Below are positions 49,269 to 58,011 of a DNA stretch of 64,000 nt, in pieces. Below the pieces are notes generated by a model. That model was not told where the DNA came from. It saw nothing but the letters and a program-made list of their open reading frames with translations, and did not search any database. This DNA is from a virus (taxonomy: Duplodnaviria > Caudoviricetes). The DNA lies in the IMG/VR virus record IMGVR_UViG_3300014204_000112, positions 64,001-128,000 of that record; one strand, 5' to 3'. Within the stretch, counting starts at the first letter, position 1; the number at the start of each line of letters is the position of its first letter. The translations under genes were made by a program, and so were the position numbers.

Positions 49269-51245
49269 TTACTTTATTGATAGGCAGTCCTCTTTCGCCT
49301 TTTTCGTGATCACCAGGTGATCTCCTTCTTTGACCGTATTGTCTACATAGGCCTCGGCTATGAGGTCTTCCAGGTGTGACTGAATGACTCGTTGTAATGG
49401 TCGAGCTCCGAACTTTTCATCGAAACCCTTTTCGATAAGGAACTCTTTTGCTTTGTCCGTGATTTCGACGAAGTAACCGTTCTCTTCAACTCTTTCCTTC
49501 AGGCTTGCAAGTTCGATGTCAATGATCTTTCCGATGTCGTCTTTCGTGAGAGAGTTGAACGTGATGATGTCATCGATACGATTGATGAATTCTGGGGCGA
49601 ATTGCTTGCTTACTGCCTTTCTTAGAACTTCGTTTGCAAGTTGCTTTTGCCTTTCTACTTGGTCGGCAGTTGCGAAACCTATTCCAGTTCCAAAATCTTG
49701 CAAAGTTTTGATACCAACATTCGATGTCATAATGATCACTGTGTTCTTGAAGTCGACAGTTTTACCCAAACCGTCAGTCAAACGACCATCATCGAGAACT
49801 TGGAGTAGCATGTTGAATATGGATGGATCAGCTTTCTCAATTTCGTCGAGAAGGACCACTGAATATGGTTTGCGTCTTACTTTTTCGGTCAACTGGCCTC
49901 CGCTTTCGTATCCAACGTATCCCGGAGGAGCTCCAGTGATTCGACTGCCTGAGAATTTTTCGCTATATTCGGACATGTCAATGCGGATCAGAGCATCTTC
50001 TGAGTTGAATAGGAACTTTGCTAACTGTTTTGCTAGCTCGCTCTTACCTACACCGCTTGGTCCAATGAAAAGGAACGTACCGATGGGCTTTTTCTTTGAT
50101 TTTAAGCCTGCACGTGAACGTTTTATCGCTCTCGTTAGCTTATGGATGGCATCGTCCTGACCGACTATGAATTTTCTTAGGGATTCTTCCATTCCAGCCA
50201 ACTTTTGTATGTCAGTTCCAGTCATTTTGCTGACTGGGATGCCAGTAATGTTCGAAACTAGCTTAGCAATATCGTCTTCGTTCACTGCAAGGCGATTCGC
50301 TTTAAGAGTTTTTTCCCATTCTCTTTTTGCTTCCGCTATTTCTTCGGCAACCGCTAATGCTCTATCACGTAATTTCGCCGCAGCTTCATACTGCTGTGAA
50401 TTGACAGCATCGTTCTTTTGTTTGATGATTCCTGCTAGCTTTTCTTCGAGATTTTTGATGTTTGCGGGAACAACCACACCGCTTATGTGAACTGTCGCTC
50501 CAGCTTCGTCCATCAGGTCGATTGCTTTGTCCGGAAGCCACCGATCTTGAATGTATCGTTCACTGTACTTGACGCAAGCGTCCAATGCATCGACTGTGTA
50601 CCTCACGGAGTGATGGTCTTCGTACTTTTCTTTGATATTCTCGAGGATTTCTCGAGTTTCTTCCGATGTCGGAGGATTTATGATGATCTGTTGGAACCTA
50701 CGGCTTAAAGCGCCATCCTTTTCGATGGAATTACGAAATTCGTCGATAGTTGTAGCTCCAATGCACTGAATTTCACCACGAGCTAATGCAGGCTTGAGAA
50801 TATTGGCAGCATCGAGCGATCCGCTAGCTGCTCCGGCTCCAACTAGAGCATGAACTTCGTCAATGAACAGAATCATGTTCCTATTGTTCTGAACTTCCTG
50901 AATTATCTGTTCCATGCGCTGTTCGAACTCACCGCGATACTTAGTCCCGGCAACGAGGTTGGCAAGTTCGAGAGCAATGATTCTTTTTCCCAATAGAACC
51001 CTTGGACAGGTCCGGTTAGTGATCATTGCTGCTAAACCCTCCACTATCGCAGTCTTACCTACTCCAGGTTCGCCAATTAGTAATGGATTGTTCTTTTTGC
51101 GTCTCGAAAGTATCTGACTACACCTTTTTATCTCGGCAATTCGCCCAACAACTGGGTCAAGCTTACCGTCGAGTGCAAGTTGAGTCAAATCCTTACCAAA
51201 TGCGTCTACTAGTGGAGTTTTAGTATTTTGCGCTATCTTTACCAT
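49269..51245 (-). CDS. clpC: ClpC/ClpA-family AAA+ ATPase lacking the N-terminal Clp domain
   Basis: GEPGVGKT, FIDEVH, UVR M-domain, GPSGVGKS, GAPPGYVGY, LLDEIEKA and the IGF loop. Confidence 0.92.
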   Translation of the reverse strand: MVKIAQNTKTPLVDAFGKDLTQLALDGKLDPVVGRIAEIKRCSQILSRRKKNNPLLIGEPGVGKTAIVEGLAAMITNRTCPRVLLGKRIIALELANLVAGTKYRGEFEQRMEQIIQEVQNNRNMILFIDEVHALVGAGAASGSLDAANILKPALARGEIQCIGATTIDEFRNSIEKDGALSRRFQQIIINPPTSEETREILENIKEKYEDHHSVRYTVDALDACVKYSERYIQDRWLPDKAIDLMDEAGATVHISGVVVPANIKNLEEKLAGIIKQKNDAVNSQQYEAAAKLRDRALAVAEEIAEAKREWEKTLKANRLAVNEDDIAKLVSNITGIPVSKMTGTDIQKLAGMEESLRKFIVGQDDAIHKLTRAIKRSRAGLKSKKKPIGTFLFIGPSGVGKSELAKQLAKFLFNSEDALIRIDMSEYSEKFSGSRITGAPPGYVGYESGGQLTEKVRRKPYSVVLLDEIEKADPSIFNMLLQVLDDGRLTDGLGKTVDFKNTVIIMTSNVGIKTLQDFGTGIGFATADQVERQKQLANEVLRKAVSKQFAPEFINRIDDIITFNSLTKDDIGKIIDIELASLKERVEENGYFVEITDKAKEFLIEKGFDEKFGARPLQRVIQSHLEDLIAEAYVDNTVKEGDHLVITKKAKEDCLSIK

Positions 51246-51329
51246 TTATTTCCTTTTACAATTTTCGAAATGCCATCTGTACATGCCATTAGTTTTTCCA
51301 GAAACTCCGCAGTATGGGCAAGTTACCAT
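51246..51329 (-). pseudogene. C-terminal zinc-finger remnant of a homing endonuclease
   Basis: [26 protein letters not shown] matches the CPxCG...MxRWHFxNCK tail of phage homing endonucleases. Confidence 0.65.
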
Positions 51330-51447
51330 CTATTCGTTGTCCTCTACGATACGGAGGTGAAGTAACTACAAGTTGAACAGATTTATCATCAATCTGTTTC
51401 ATCATTTCAATAGTATCTCCACAATATATTTTATTGATTTCTAACAT
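51289..51447 (-). pseudogene. Truncated N4-C/N6-A DNA methyltransferase (N-terminus only)
   Basis: [33 protein letters not shown], then a stop after 52 aa. Confidence 0.75.
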
Positions 51448-51463
51448 TCTACTATTTTATCTC

Positions 51464-51763
51464 CTATTCTAACGTATATCTTATTTCTTTAGGAGCATTA
51501 ATAATCTTTATTGATTTTCTATCTACTCCCCTCATCAACTGTTCTGCCATATCTTCAATAAGAAGATTAATAAATAAATCATCAAAGTTAGGCATCATAT
51601 TATAAACTATATTATCACCTTCTTTTGTAACATATTTCCATCCTCCAAAATGATCATTATCCTTTATTAATATGATTTCCCCGTCAAATTTGACGATGAG
51701 ACCATGTTCTTCACCAACCATACTAAAATGGTCTTGGATGTATTTTTTTAATTCCCTTTTCAT
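51464..51763 (-). CDS. AT-rich hypothetical protein
   Basis: 99 aa inside a foreign-looking block. Confidence 0.6.
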   Translation of the reverse strand: MKRELKKYIQDHFSMVGEEHGLIVKFDGEIILIKDNDHFGGWKYVTKEGDNIVYNMMPNFDDLFINLLIEDMAEQLMRGVDRKSIKIINAPKEIRYTLE

Positions 51764-51875
51764 TTTACAACTATATTTTTTATATTATCGTATTTCTTAT
51801 CAGCTATATTCCTATTCTTAAATCTTGGATCAAAAGTAACTTCTATTCCGTTATTAATTCACCAACTCTTCACGA

Positions 51876-52508
51876 CTAATCCCACCACCCTTTCAGACCG
51901 CTCCCGTCAAACCATTTATACCAAAGATTCTCAGCTTTTTTCTCTTCATCGGTCATATCTTTGATATACTCAGAATAATCATCGTAGTCTTGACCTTCGA
52001 GGATTCTGAACAGTTCTTTCCAAGTATCTTTTTCGATTTTACGAGATAATTCAAAAAGGGCCTTATTTTTGACTTTTTCTTCTTCAGTTTCATCGTCGAG
52101 AAGAGCTACCATTCCTTTTTCGTCTGGTTCTCCGAAATTCCAACGACTTACGAGCTCGTATCCCAACTCCTTTTCTGCAAGTTCAATAAAGTCATCCTCG
52201 ATGTGATGTTCGAGAATTTCGATTGCCCTATGCATTTTTTCAATCTTTTTGTTGCGAGATTCTTCGATTTCGTAACCGTAAAATTCCAAGTAGTTTGCAT
52301 TACGCTCCAGGTTTTTCTTGAGCATACGAAGTGCACCATTGCTGTCGAACTTGTAGTTATTCCAGAGTTCTTTCCTGAATTGCCAAACGTTAGTGCAGAA
52401 ACGCGGAATATCGTACCTGCACAGGTCGATAAGCTTCCAGTACCACCGATTGTGGATCCGGAGCTTCCTGAGGCTCTTTGTAAATGTGTCCGCAAATACG
52501 ATATTCAT
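51876..52508 (-). CDS. Hypothetical protein
   Basis: 210 aa ending in GWWD. Confidence 0.7.
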   Translation of the reverse strand: MNIVFADTFTKSLRKLRIHNRWYWKLIDLCRYDIPRFCTNVWQFRKELWNNYKFDSNGALRMLKKNLERNANYLEFYGYEIEESRNKKIEKMHRAIEILEHHIEDDFIELAEKELGYELVSRWNFGEPDEKGMVALLDDETEEEKVKNKALFELSRKIEKDTWKELFRILEGQDYDDYSEYIKDMTDEEKKAENLWYKWFDGSGLKGWWD

Positions 52509-52525
52509 GATTAGTCATCTTTTTA

Positions 52526-52975
52526 TTATTTACCTTCGGCATCGATGGCGTGCCGATCTTCGGCTATTCCACGTAAGAAGGCACGAATGTTCATCTTAGT
52601 TTCATGTTTCAATTTTCTTCTGAACCTATGTGCTTCTCTGTCAACTATTTCGTTCATCAGTGCATACGCTGCTTGATAGAACCATTGCGAATGAAAGCCT
52701 CTATGGTTGTCAACGTAAACCATGTAATCTTTCGAGTCGCTTTTGATCGTGATTATGAGGTCCTTTAGAACTATGAGCGTTTCATTGTCAACCCTGTCGT
52801 ACCGAATTGCTTCAGGATGCTTCTTAGCTTCGCCAACGACGAGATCAAAAATTTCTTTTTGCTCGAAATTCAAGGTTTTCATGGCGGATTTCTCCAACAT
52901 GTGTCTACGCTTGATACGTGTTTTAACGTTCATGCGTTTTACTTTGTATTGCAATTTTTTTAGCATTTTGTGCAT
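52526..52975 (-). CDS. Hypothetical protein
   Basis: TATAAT upstream. Confidence 0.65.
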   Translation of the reverse strand: MHKMLKKLQYKVKRMNVKTRIKRRHMLEKSAMKTLNFEQKEIFDLVVGEAKKHPEAIRYDRVDNETLIVLKDLIITIKSDSKDYMVYVDNHRGFHSQWFYQAAYALMNEIVDREAHRFRRKLKHETKMNIRAFLRGIAEDRHAIDAEGK

Positions 52976-53004
52976 GATATTGCTTTGTACTATTATACCA
53001 AAAA

Positions 53005-53379
53005 TTACGCCTTATGGAAAAAATTGTGTAAATCATTTTCAGTAACAACAGTCTTCTTTGGCAGTTCGAATTCAACGAACGACTCTCTAACTCTCATGCT
53101 TTCAACGTGCTTCCATAAGCTCGGAATGTCATAGCAGATTGGATTTTTATCGATGTCCCATGCTTGAACTTCCTTTGAATCAGAATTTCTCTCGTAGAGA
53201 TACCAATCAATCCATTCGGCTGCGTCCCTGCCATAATATACATTGAACAGCAAGCTTACTGCTCCAACCCATCCGTCCTCGTAATGCATTAAATCAACAC
53301 CAAGTTCGGACAAATCAAAGCTCTTTTTGCTTTGCTTTTCTAGCGTAGTTATTAACAGTTCAAATACTTCAAGTTTCAT
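53005..53379 (-). CDS. Hypothetical protein
   Basis: Motif WIDWYLYE; lies in the operon. Confidence 0.65.
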   Translation of the reverse strand: MKLEVFELLITTLEKQSKKSFDLSELGVDLMHYEDGWVGAVSLLFNVYYGRDAAEWIDWYLYERNSDSKEVQAWDIDKNPICYDIPSLWKHVESMRVRESFVEFELPKKTVVTENDLHNFFHKA

Positions 53380-53579
53380 CCTAATTCGATTTTAGGTGTA
53401 TTGTCTAATTTTTCAAGAAAGTCCTCAAGCCCAGTTTCGATTCCTGCAGCTATGAGAAGCTGTAAGTCAGCAGGTCCATTGATCTGCTTGTTTTGCTGAG
53501 CGATAGCTAATGCTTGGACTATGCTTCCGGCATATTCATTTGCTAATGCAGGTAAGTCAATGTTATCTGGTTTTTTCAT
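53376..53579 (-). CDS. Hypothetical protein
   Basis: Overlaps both neighbours. Confidence 0.55.
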   Translation of the reverse strand: MKKPDNIDLPALANEYAGSIVQALAIAQQNKQINGPADLQLLIAAGIETGLEDFLEKLDNTPKIELG

Positions 53580-54087
53580 TCAGTATGCCAATTATTTTAT
53601 CAACGTTATCGCGTAGTCGTTCGATCGTAGCCGACCAATCGCCTATCAGCCAAATGTGATTTTCCTTCGTGATGTAAGGGTATTCAGTTGTCATTTCTTC
53701 GAAATACGGACCGATGTTCATATCATCAATCGCTACCCATGTTTCAACTTCGTCAGCATGCTCTTCGAGCCAGTCCCTTATCTGGTAAGCTCTGTCGTAT
53801 GGCTGAGCTGAACTAAGTTTAGCTTTTCGCTCGTGAGTAGCTCCAATTATCACGTTAGGAATGTTGTAGAACTCGAAGAACAGTCCAAGTTCCTCAAGCG
53901 TGTAGTGCTTCTTCCAATCTGAACTGATGACTACCTTTGCATCCGTACGTTTGATTATTTCTGACAAAGCGTCACAATCTTCCTTTTCCCATGAGTAAGG
54001 GAGCTTGAGGTTCTCATTTATCCTAGGTCCTCTTTCCCAAAAGCCGTAAGCGAGTGGACCGTCTATGTCTACAAATATTACTTTCAT
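53563..54087 (-). CDS. HAD domain protein (HAD_SAK_2-like)
   Basis: Motifs FVDIDG, VISSDW and WVAIDD. Confidence 0.8.
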   Translation of the reverse strand: MKVIFVDIDGPLAYGFWERGPRINENLKLPYSWEKEDCDALSEIIKRTDAKVVISSDWKKHYTLEELGLFFEFYNIPNVIIGATHERKAKLSSAQPYDRAYQIRDWLEEHADEVETWVAIDDMNIGPYFEEMTTEYPYITKENHIWLIGDWSATIERLRDNVDKIIGILNEKTR

Positions 54088-54299
54088 TAGTCTATCAGAT
54101 CATGTAATTTTATGACGAACATTGAATAGAGGTTTCTCCTGACCGTCTGCATGGTAGGGTGCTTCTCGCGAGTCAATTTCGCTAGGAACAATTCAGCAAG
54201 CTTGTCAGCGCCTACTAACTGTTGTGGATCATCGCATGTCATGATGACTTTCTTTACCCAACGGTATATGTCCTTGTTCGATTTACCTTTTGCTGCCAT
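54087..54299 (-). CDS. Hypothetical protein
   Basis: Lies in the operon. Confidence 0.55.
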   Translation of the reverse strand: MAAKGKSNKDIYRWVKKVIMTCDDPQQLVGADKLAELFLAKLTREKHPTMQTVRRNLYSMFVIKLHDLID

Positions 54300-54300
54300 T

Positions 54301-54702
54301 TTACTTTACCTCAATGTTAGTTCGTCCATCATTCCAGTACTCGGGACCTCCGTAGTACACAAAAATTTCTTCACCGGCCTTTATGTCTCGATTAGCAAAG
54401 AACTTAAACGTTCGACGGATTTCATCAGAAACCCAATACGCTGAAGCATTGTTGCTATGATTGTACATTGACCCTGCACCCAATACGACAACCTGTTTTG
54501 TTTCAGGAGTCATTGGTCCGTTGGGATAGTTAAATCGATAGTCCTGTAAAAGTGGATTGCTTTCGAACGGTTTCAAGCACAAGTCCAGAAATGGGCATTC
54601 TTCTATCAATTCGCCTGCACTTATATCGTCTATTGCGAACACTCCGAACCTGTGAATTGGGCTTAAAGCTACCTTTATCTTTCGACTTACGAACAGTTCC
54701 AT
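54301..54702 (-). CDS. SET-domain protein-lysine methyltransferase
   Basis: S.IH.FGVFA, YNHS..A and RDIKAGEEIFVYYG. Confidence 0.9.
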   Translation of the reverse strand: MELFVSRKIKVALSPIHRFGVFAIDDISAGELIEECPFLDLCLKPFESNPLLQDYRFNYPNGPMTPETKQVVVLGAGSMYNHSNNASAYWVSDEIRRTFKFFANRDIKAGEEIFVYYGGPEYWNDGRTNIEVK

Positions 54703-54924
54703 TTAGCTGATGAACTCGATTATTTTTCGATCGAGATCTCCTGCTACTGTGTGAGCTCCGTACTTAGAACAGAAATGCGTGATCAGAGCTCCTCCGTTGA
54801 ATTCGAGATACTGAACGCTCGTCTGATCCTGGTACTCTTTCATCCATCGGTAAGCGTGCATTCGTATGCATTCCTCGTAAATCAGATCTTCAGTGTATAC
54901 TTTTGGTTCCGGTTTCATTGACAT
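54703..54924 (-). CDS. Hypothetical protein
   Basis: Lies in the operon. Confidence 0.55.
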   Translation of the reverse strand: MSMKPEPKVYTEDLIYEECIRMHAYRWMKEYQDQTSVQYLEFNGGALITHFCSKYGAHTVAGDLDRKIIEFIS

Positions 54925-54927
54925 AAG

Positions 54928-55107
54928 CTAAATGTATTTTTCCTGAGTGATCGCATGGATCCTCTCCTTTTGTTCTGGAGTCAATATGTGACGGATGCCC
55001 CATAATGCAACGAGGTCCTTTGCGAGTTCCTCATCGTAATACGTGCTTCCTTTGTCTTCGTTGATAGTAATAAGGATTCCAGCTTCCTTCACAGTAGTAT
55101 GACTCAT
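54928..55107 (-). CDS. Small hypothetical protein (59 aa; below the ORF-track cutoff)
   Basis: MSHTTVKEAG...QEKYI*; fills a gap in the operon. Confidence 0.5.
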   Translation of the reverse strand: MSHTTVKEAGILITINEDKGSTYYDEELAKDLVALWGIRHILTPEQKERIHAITQEKYI

Positions 55108-55142
55108 ATCGATTTAAGAATTTTTTTCATATCGATATTATA

Positions 55143-55298
55143 CTACTGAACTGGTTGTTTGGGTTTAGCTTTGACCTGTGATTTTTTAGGTCTCGGAGGT
55201 TTCTTTTTCGGGTTCTTACCGAATATGTACGGATCGCCCATCTGTGTGATTGCAGCTTGCTGCATGAATTGGGTGAAATTTTCGACGATCCGTCCCAT
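55143..55298 (-). CDS. Small basic protein
   Basis: MGRIVENFTQF...; start moved to the ATG just after the upstream stop. Confidence 0.55.
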   Translation of the reverse strand: MGRIVENFTQFMQQAAITQMGDPYIFGKNPKKKPPRPKKSQVKAKPKQPVQ

Positions 55299-55300
55299 TG

Positions 55301-55768
55301 TTATTTCAATTGTTGACCGAATACCATAGCTAAAATGATTCCGGCTAATGCAGTGAAGATGATCCAAAGGACTCTAGTCACCGTGGTTTTGAAGGAAAGG
55401 ATTTCCTTGTGCTCATCAAGCATTTTCTGGTATTCCTTTTCTTCAGCTTCTTTTTTTGTTTTGAAGGCTTGAAGATCGTGATGTTCAGTAATTAGTTTTT
55501 GAAAATCCTTTTCTTCCGCTTCTGATTTCTTTCTGAATTCGGTGTTCTTATTGACCCGGACAACGATTCCATCCTCAGGGTCAAGTAGCTGACGTTTTAT
55601 GGCACGCAGGTCCTCTTTCATGTCTTCCTGAGTCGAATCAATGTTGGTGATCTTTTCTTGGATCGCCTTCAATTCTCCATTTGGAAGCTGTTTCTTTATT
55701 ATTTCTAAAGCATCAAGGATCTCATTCATCAAGAGATTAACATCGCCATCGCTGCGAGAACCTGCCAT
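55301..55768 (-). CDS. Coiled-coil protein with a C-terminal transmembrane helix
   Basis: VLWIIFTALAGIILAMVF; internal ~24-aa duplication. Confidence 0.7.
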   Translation of the reverse strand: MAGSRSDGDVNLLMNEILDALEIIKKQLPNGELKAIQEKITNIDSTQEDMKEDLRAIKRQLLDPEDGIVVRVNKNTEFRKKSEAEEKDFQKLITEHHDLQAFKTKKEAEEKEYQKMLDEHKEILSFKTTVTRVLWIIFTALAGIILAMVFGQQLK

Positions 55769-55803
55769 TTTCTAACCGAATTTTTTAGTAAAAGTGAGTG
55801 TGC

Positions 55804-56088
55804 TTAGTCTACTGCTGGAGTTTCCTCAGGTTTCTCTCCATCTTCTGGTTCTGCTGGGGTTCCAGCGGCTGCATCAGTATCGTCGAGAACAGTAACGTCA
55901 TCTCCGCCTTCCGTTTCGGTAGCAGGCATTTCCATTTCTGGAGTTGCAGGTTCAGCTGGCATATCTCCACCAGGAGCGGCCATTCCGCCAGATTGAGCTG
56001 CGCAGAATTCTTCGAAATTTAAGATTTTGGTTGAACCTCCAAGATTAGCACCGTCCATGTTAGGTATGTTCATGTTATTGCTGTCCAT
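55804..56088 (-). CDS. Acidic low-complexity protein
   Basis: Motif KILNFEEF; GATAAATA upstream. Confidence 0.6.
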   Translation of the reverse strand: MDSNNMNIPNMDGANLGGSTKILNFEEFCAAQSGGMAAPGGDMPAEPATPEMEMPATETEGGDDVTVLDDTDAAAGTPAEPEDGEKPEETPAVD

Positions 56089-56131
56089 ATTCGTTAACGT
56101 AATTTGGAGTTATTTATCCTGAAGGAGTGGA

Positions 56132-56160
56132 ACAATTTGAGCCTCGCTCTCCCAAATTGT
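56132..56160 (-). other. 3'-UTR hairpin whose loop is complementary to the 5' leader of the same gene
   Basis: acaatttg-ggagagcgaggct-caaattgt. Confidence 0.65.
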
Positions 56161-56161
56161 A

Positions 56162-57085
56162 TTAGGCGGTCAATTTAGTCGAACAGATAGGGCAGGCTTT
56201 CCAGTGGCTTTTCACTTTAGCGCCGCAGTTCGGACATTTTCTACGAACCTCTCCGACCTCGATCGGTTTCGTACTTTCCGGAAGAATCCGGTAAGAATAA
56301 GTATTACAAGCCCACGAATTGAAAGATCCGTAAGTGTCGACCAATTGCTGGTCTGACTTACCTCCCTGTTCTATCCTGCCGGTCTCCAATGATGATTTTG
56401 AAAGTTTACTTCTGACTTTCGGTCCTCGTGGTGAGTCATCTGAAAAACTGTCGCAAAAGTTCAAAGAATCCTGGGAAACATTGTTGCTGCAAGATAAGCT
56501 AGCATTGTTCATGTAATTGCTTACATTCAGGTCGCCAGTCATGCTTGCATTGGCATTGTTTGTGGTGAAAGAGCTTCCTGAGCCAGACACTCCTCCTGTG
56601 TTCGTGGTACCGAAGAAATAGTCATTACGATACAGAGGTTGAGGTGGGCTGATTGTGATCGTTCTTGCTCCGTAAATCCACTGTGTCGTATGACAACCTG
56701 GGTAAACGACCTGTTCATCAAAGAATTCGATCTTCACGAGTCCATTCAGCTGGGCTGCTTCGACTGCTTCGACGGAATTTTCGATTTCGTAGGTGTTGAA
56801 TAGGAACTTGTGATCAACATCAAGAAACCTTTCGAGATATACTCTCTGTCCAGGATTCACGACGATTCCACCACTGGAGACGTTAACTCCATTGATCATG
56901 ATTTTTGCAAGAACTCTTGTTGTTTTGGGGTTCCACAATTCGATCTCGAACGTTGATCCGTTCTTGAGGTAAACATTTGAATCGTAGAGTCTGAGGCGAT
57001 TTCTGTTCACTGTAATGTGAGCAATTGGCCAATTATTGACATTGGAGCGACCCACGTTTAGGGTGCTCGATTGATTTTGGTACAT
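56162..57085 (-). CDS. Hypothetical protein with a C-terminal double zinc ribbon
   Basis: FEIELWNP, LERFLD, ETGRIE.G and CPNCG...CPIC. Confidence 0.8.
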   Translation of the reverse strand: MYQNQSSTLNVGRSNVNNWPIAHITVNRNRLRLYDSNVYLKNGSTFEIELWNPKTTRVLAKIMINGVNVSSGGIVVNPGQRVYLERFLDVDHKFLFNTYEIENSVEAVEAAQLNGLVKIEFFDEQVVYPGCHTTQWIYGARTITISPPQPLYRNDYFFGTTNTGGVSGSGSSFTTNNANASMTGDLNVSNYMNNASLSCSNNVSQDSLNFCDSFSDDSPRGPKVRSKLSKSSLETGRIEQGGKSDQQLVDTYGSFNSWACNTYSYRILPESTKPIEVGEVRRKCPNCGAKVKSHWKACPICSTKLTA

Positions 57086-57103
57086 AGCTTTGGTGCATTA
57101 TTT

Positions 57104-57177
57104 TTGCTCATCTCATTGTGACCGTAGTCGATCACTCGAGGGCCCGCAGGCTCGAGACGAACAGAAGAGCGAGGCTC
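57104..57177 (-). ncRNA. Putative cis-regulatory three-way-junction RNA leader
   Basis: Stem UGUUCGUCUC/GAGAUGAGCA encloses hairpins GCC-UGCG-GGC and GUGAUCG-ACUA-CGGUCAC; the G.U pairs work only on the coding strand. Confidence 0.6.
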
Positions 57178-57190
57178 TATGTTCCGATAC

Positions 57191-57219
57191 TATTTATACC
57201 AATTCTTGAAATTTAGTTT
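57191..57219 (-). promoter_or_regulatory. Overlapping AAAC-N17-TATAAA and late TATAAATA promoter
   Basis: aaac-taaatttcaagaattgg-TATAAATA, ending 13 nt upstream of the leader. Confidence 0.65.
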
Positions 57220-57290
57220 TGAAAACTCCTCGTCCAATTTTCCAGTGGAATGACCTTGTCTCAAAAGCGTTGTCCAGTCACCTATACATG

Positions 57291-57521
57291 TCAATCTTGC
57301 TTACCGCTGATCTGGAGAACAGAGTCCATCGGTACTGACCTTCTAGCGAGGAGGTATTGTAAAGCTTTTCGTATCACGGCAGCAATGTATGAACGACCAT
57401 CGTACTTACACTGGTCCCACAACGAAAGATCGTCGTAAAAACAGAATGGGCCATTGATACCTCTCAGCATCTGGCTGAGCTCGTGGCGATCAGCCGGTTT
57501 GTGTCCTTTGAATACTACCAT
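57291..57521 (-). CDS. Hypothetical protein
   Basis: 76 aa. Confidence 0.45.
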   Translation of the reverse strand: MVVFKGHKPADRHELSQMLRGINGPFCFYDDLSLWDQCKYDGRSYIAAVIRKALQYLLARRSVPMDSVLQISGKQD

Positions 57522-57533
57522 GATGGTTTTTGT

Positions 57534-58010
57534 TTATACTGTACCACTTTTCAAAGTGCCCCGTACTTTCATGATCGCTTTTCCGAGTAAGTTAAGACCT
57601 GGCCATTTGCTTGGTTCCACTCTGATCGCATGATCTGCGTCCATGCCGATTCCCCAGATGCTGTCTACGGGACTCGCTTCTACTATGATTGATTCTCCAG
57701 TATCCATCAGAGCTTCCTTCAACTCGGGATTCTGGGTGAATTTTAGCATGTTACCTTCGTACACGATCCTTTCCTTGTTCTCATCCCATAATTGAGCATT
57801 GAACCCTTGAATTTCACGTCCCAGTTGTTTCTGAACTCGCGGATTGTTCGTTTGCATTATTCTAGCGGCAGTGTTCGGATCTCCCATTAGCATTGCTTTC
57901 TGGTACATCATGTACTGCTCAGCAGTGCAGAAAGTCTTTCCGTTTTCTGTGAATTCGCTCTTGTACCATTGCGAGAACGGACCGTTCCAAAAGAAGTGAT
58001 ATGTTGCCAT
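57534..58010 (-). CDS. NADAR family protein (YbiA-like)
   Basis: FSQWY, TAEQYMMYQKA, LGR, KFTQN, VEASP.D.IWGIG and GLNLLGKAIM.VR. Confidence 0.92.
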   Translation of the reverse strand: MATYHFFWNGPFSQWYKSEFTENGKTFCTAEQYMMYQKAMLMGDPNTAARIMQTNNPRVQKQLGREIQGFNAQLWDENKERIVYEGNMLKFTQNPELKEALMDTGESIIVEASPVDSIWGIGMDADHAIRVEPSKWPGLNLLGKAIMKVRGTLKSGTV

Positions 58011-58011
58011 G

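Noticed and set aside
49516-50490. Long antisense ORFs over clpC, and similar ones over the capsid, baseplate and helicase genes
   Set aside because: They are antisense shadows of conserved genes with biased codon usage
57104-57177. Hammerhead ribozyme or retron msr/msd
   Set aside because: There is no CUGANGA/GAAA core, no reverse transcriptase in the window, and the inverted repeat encloses the whole ORF
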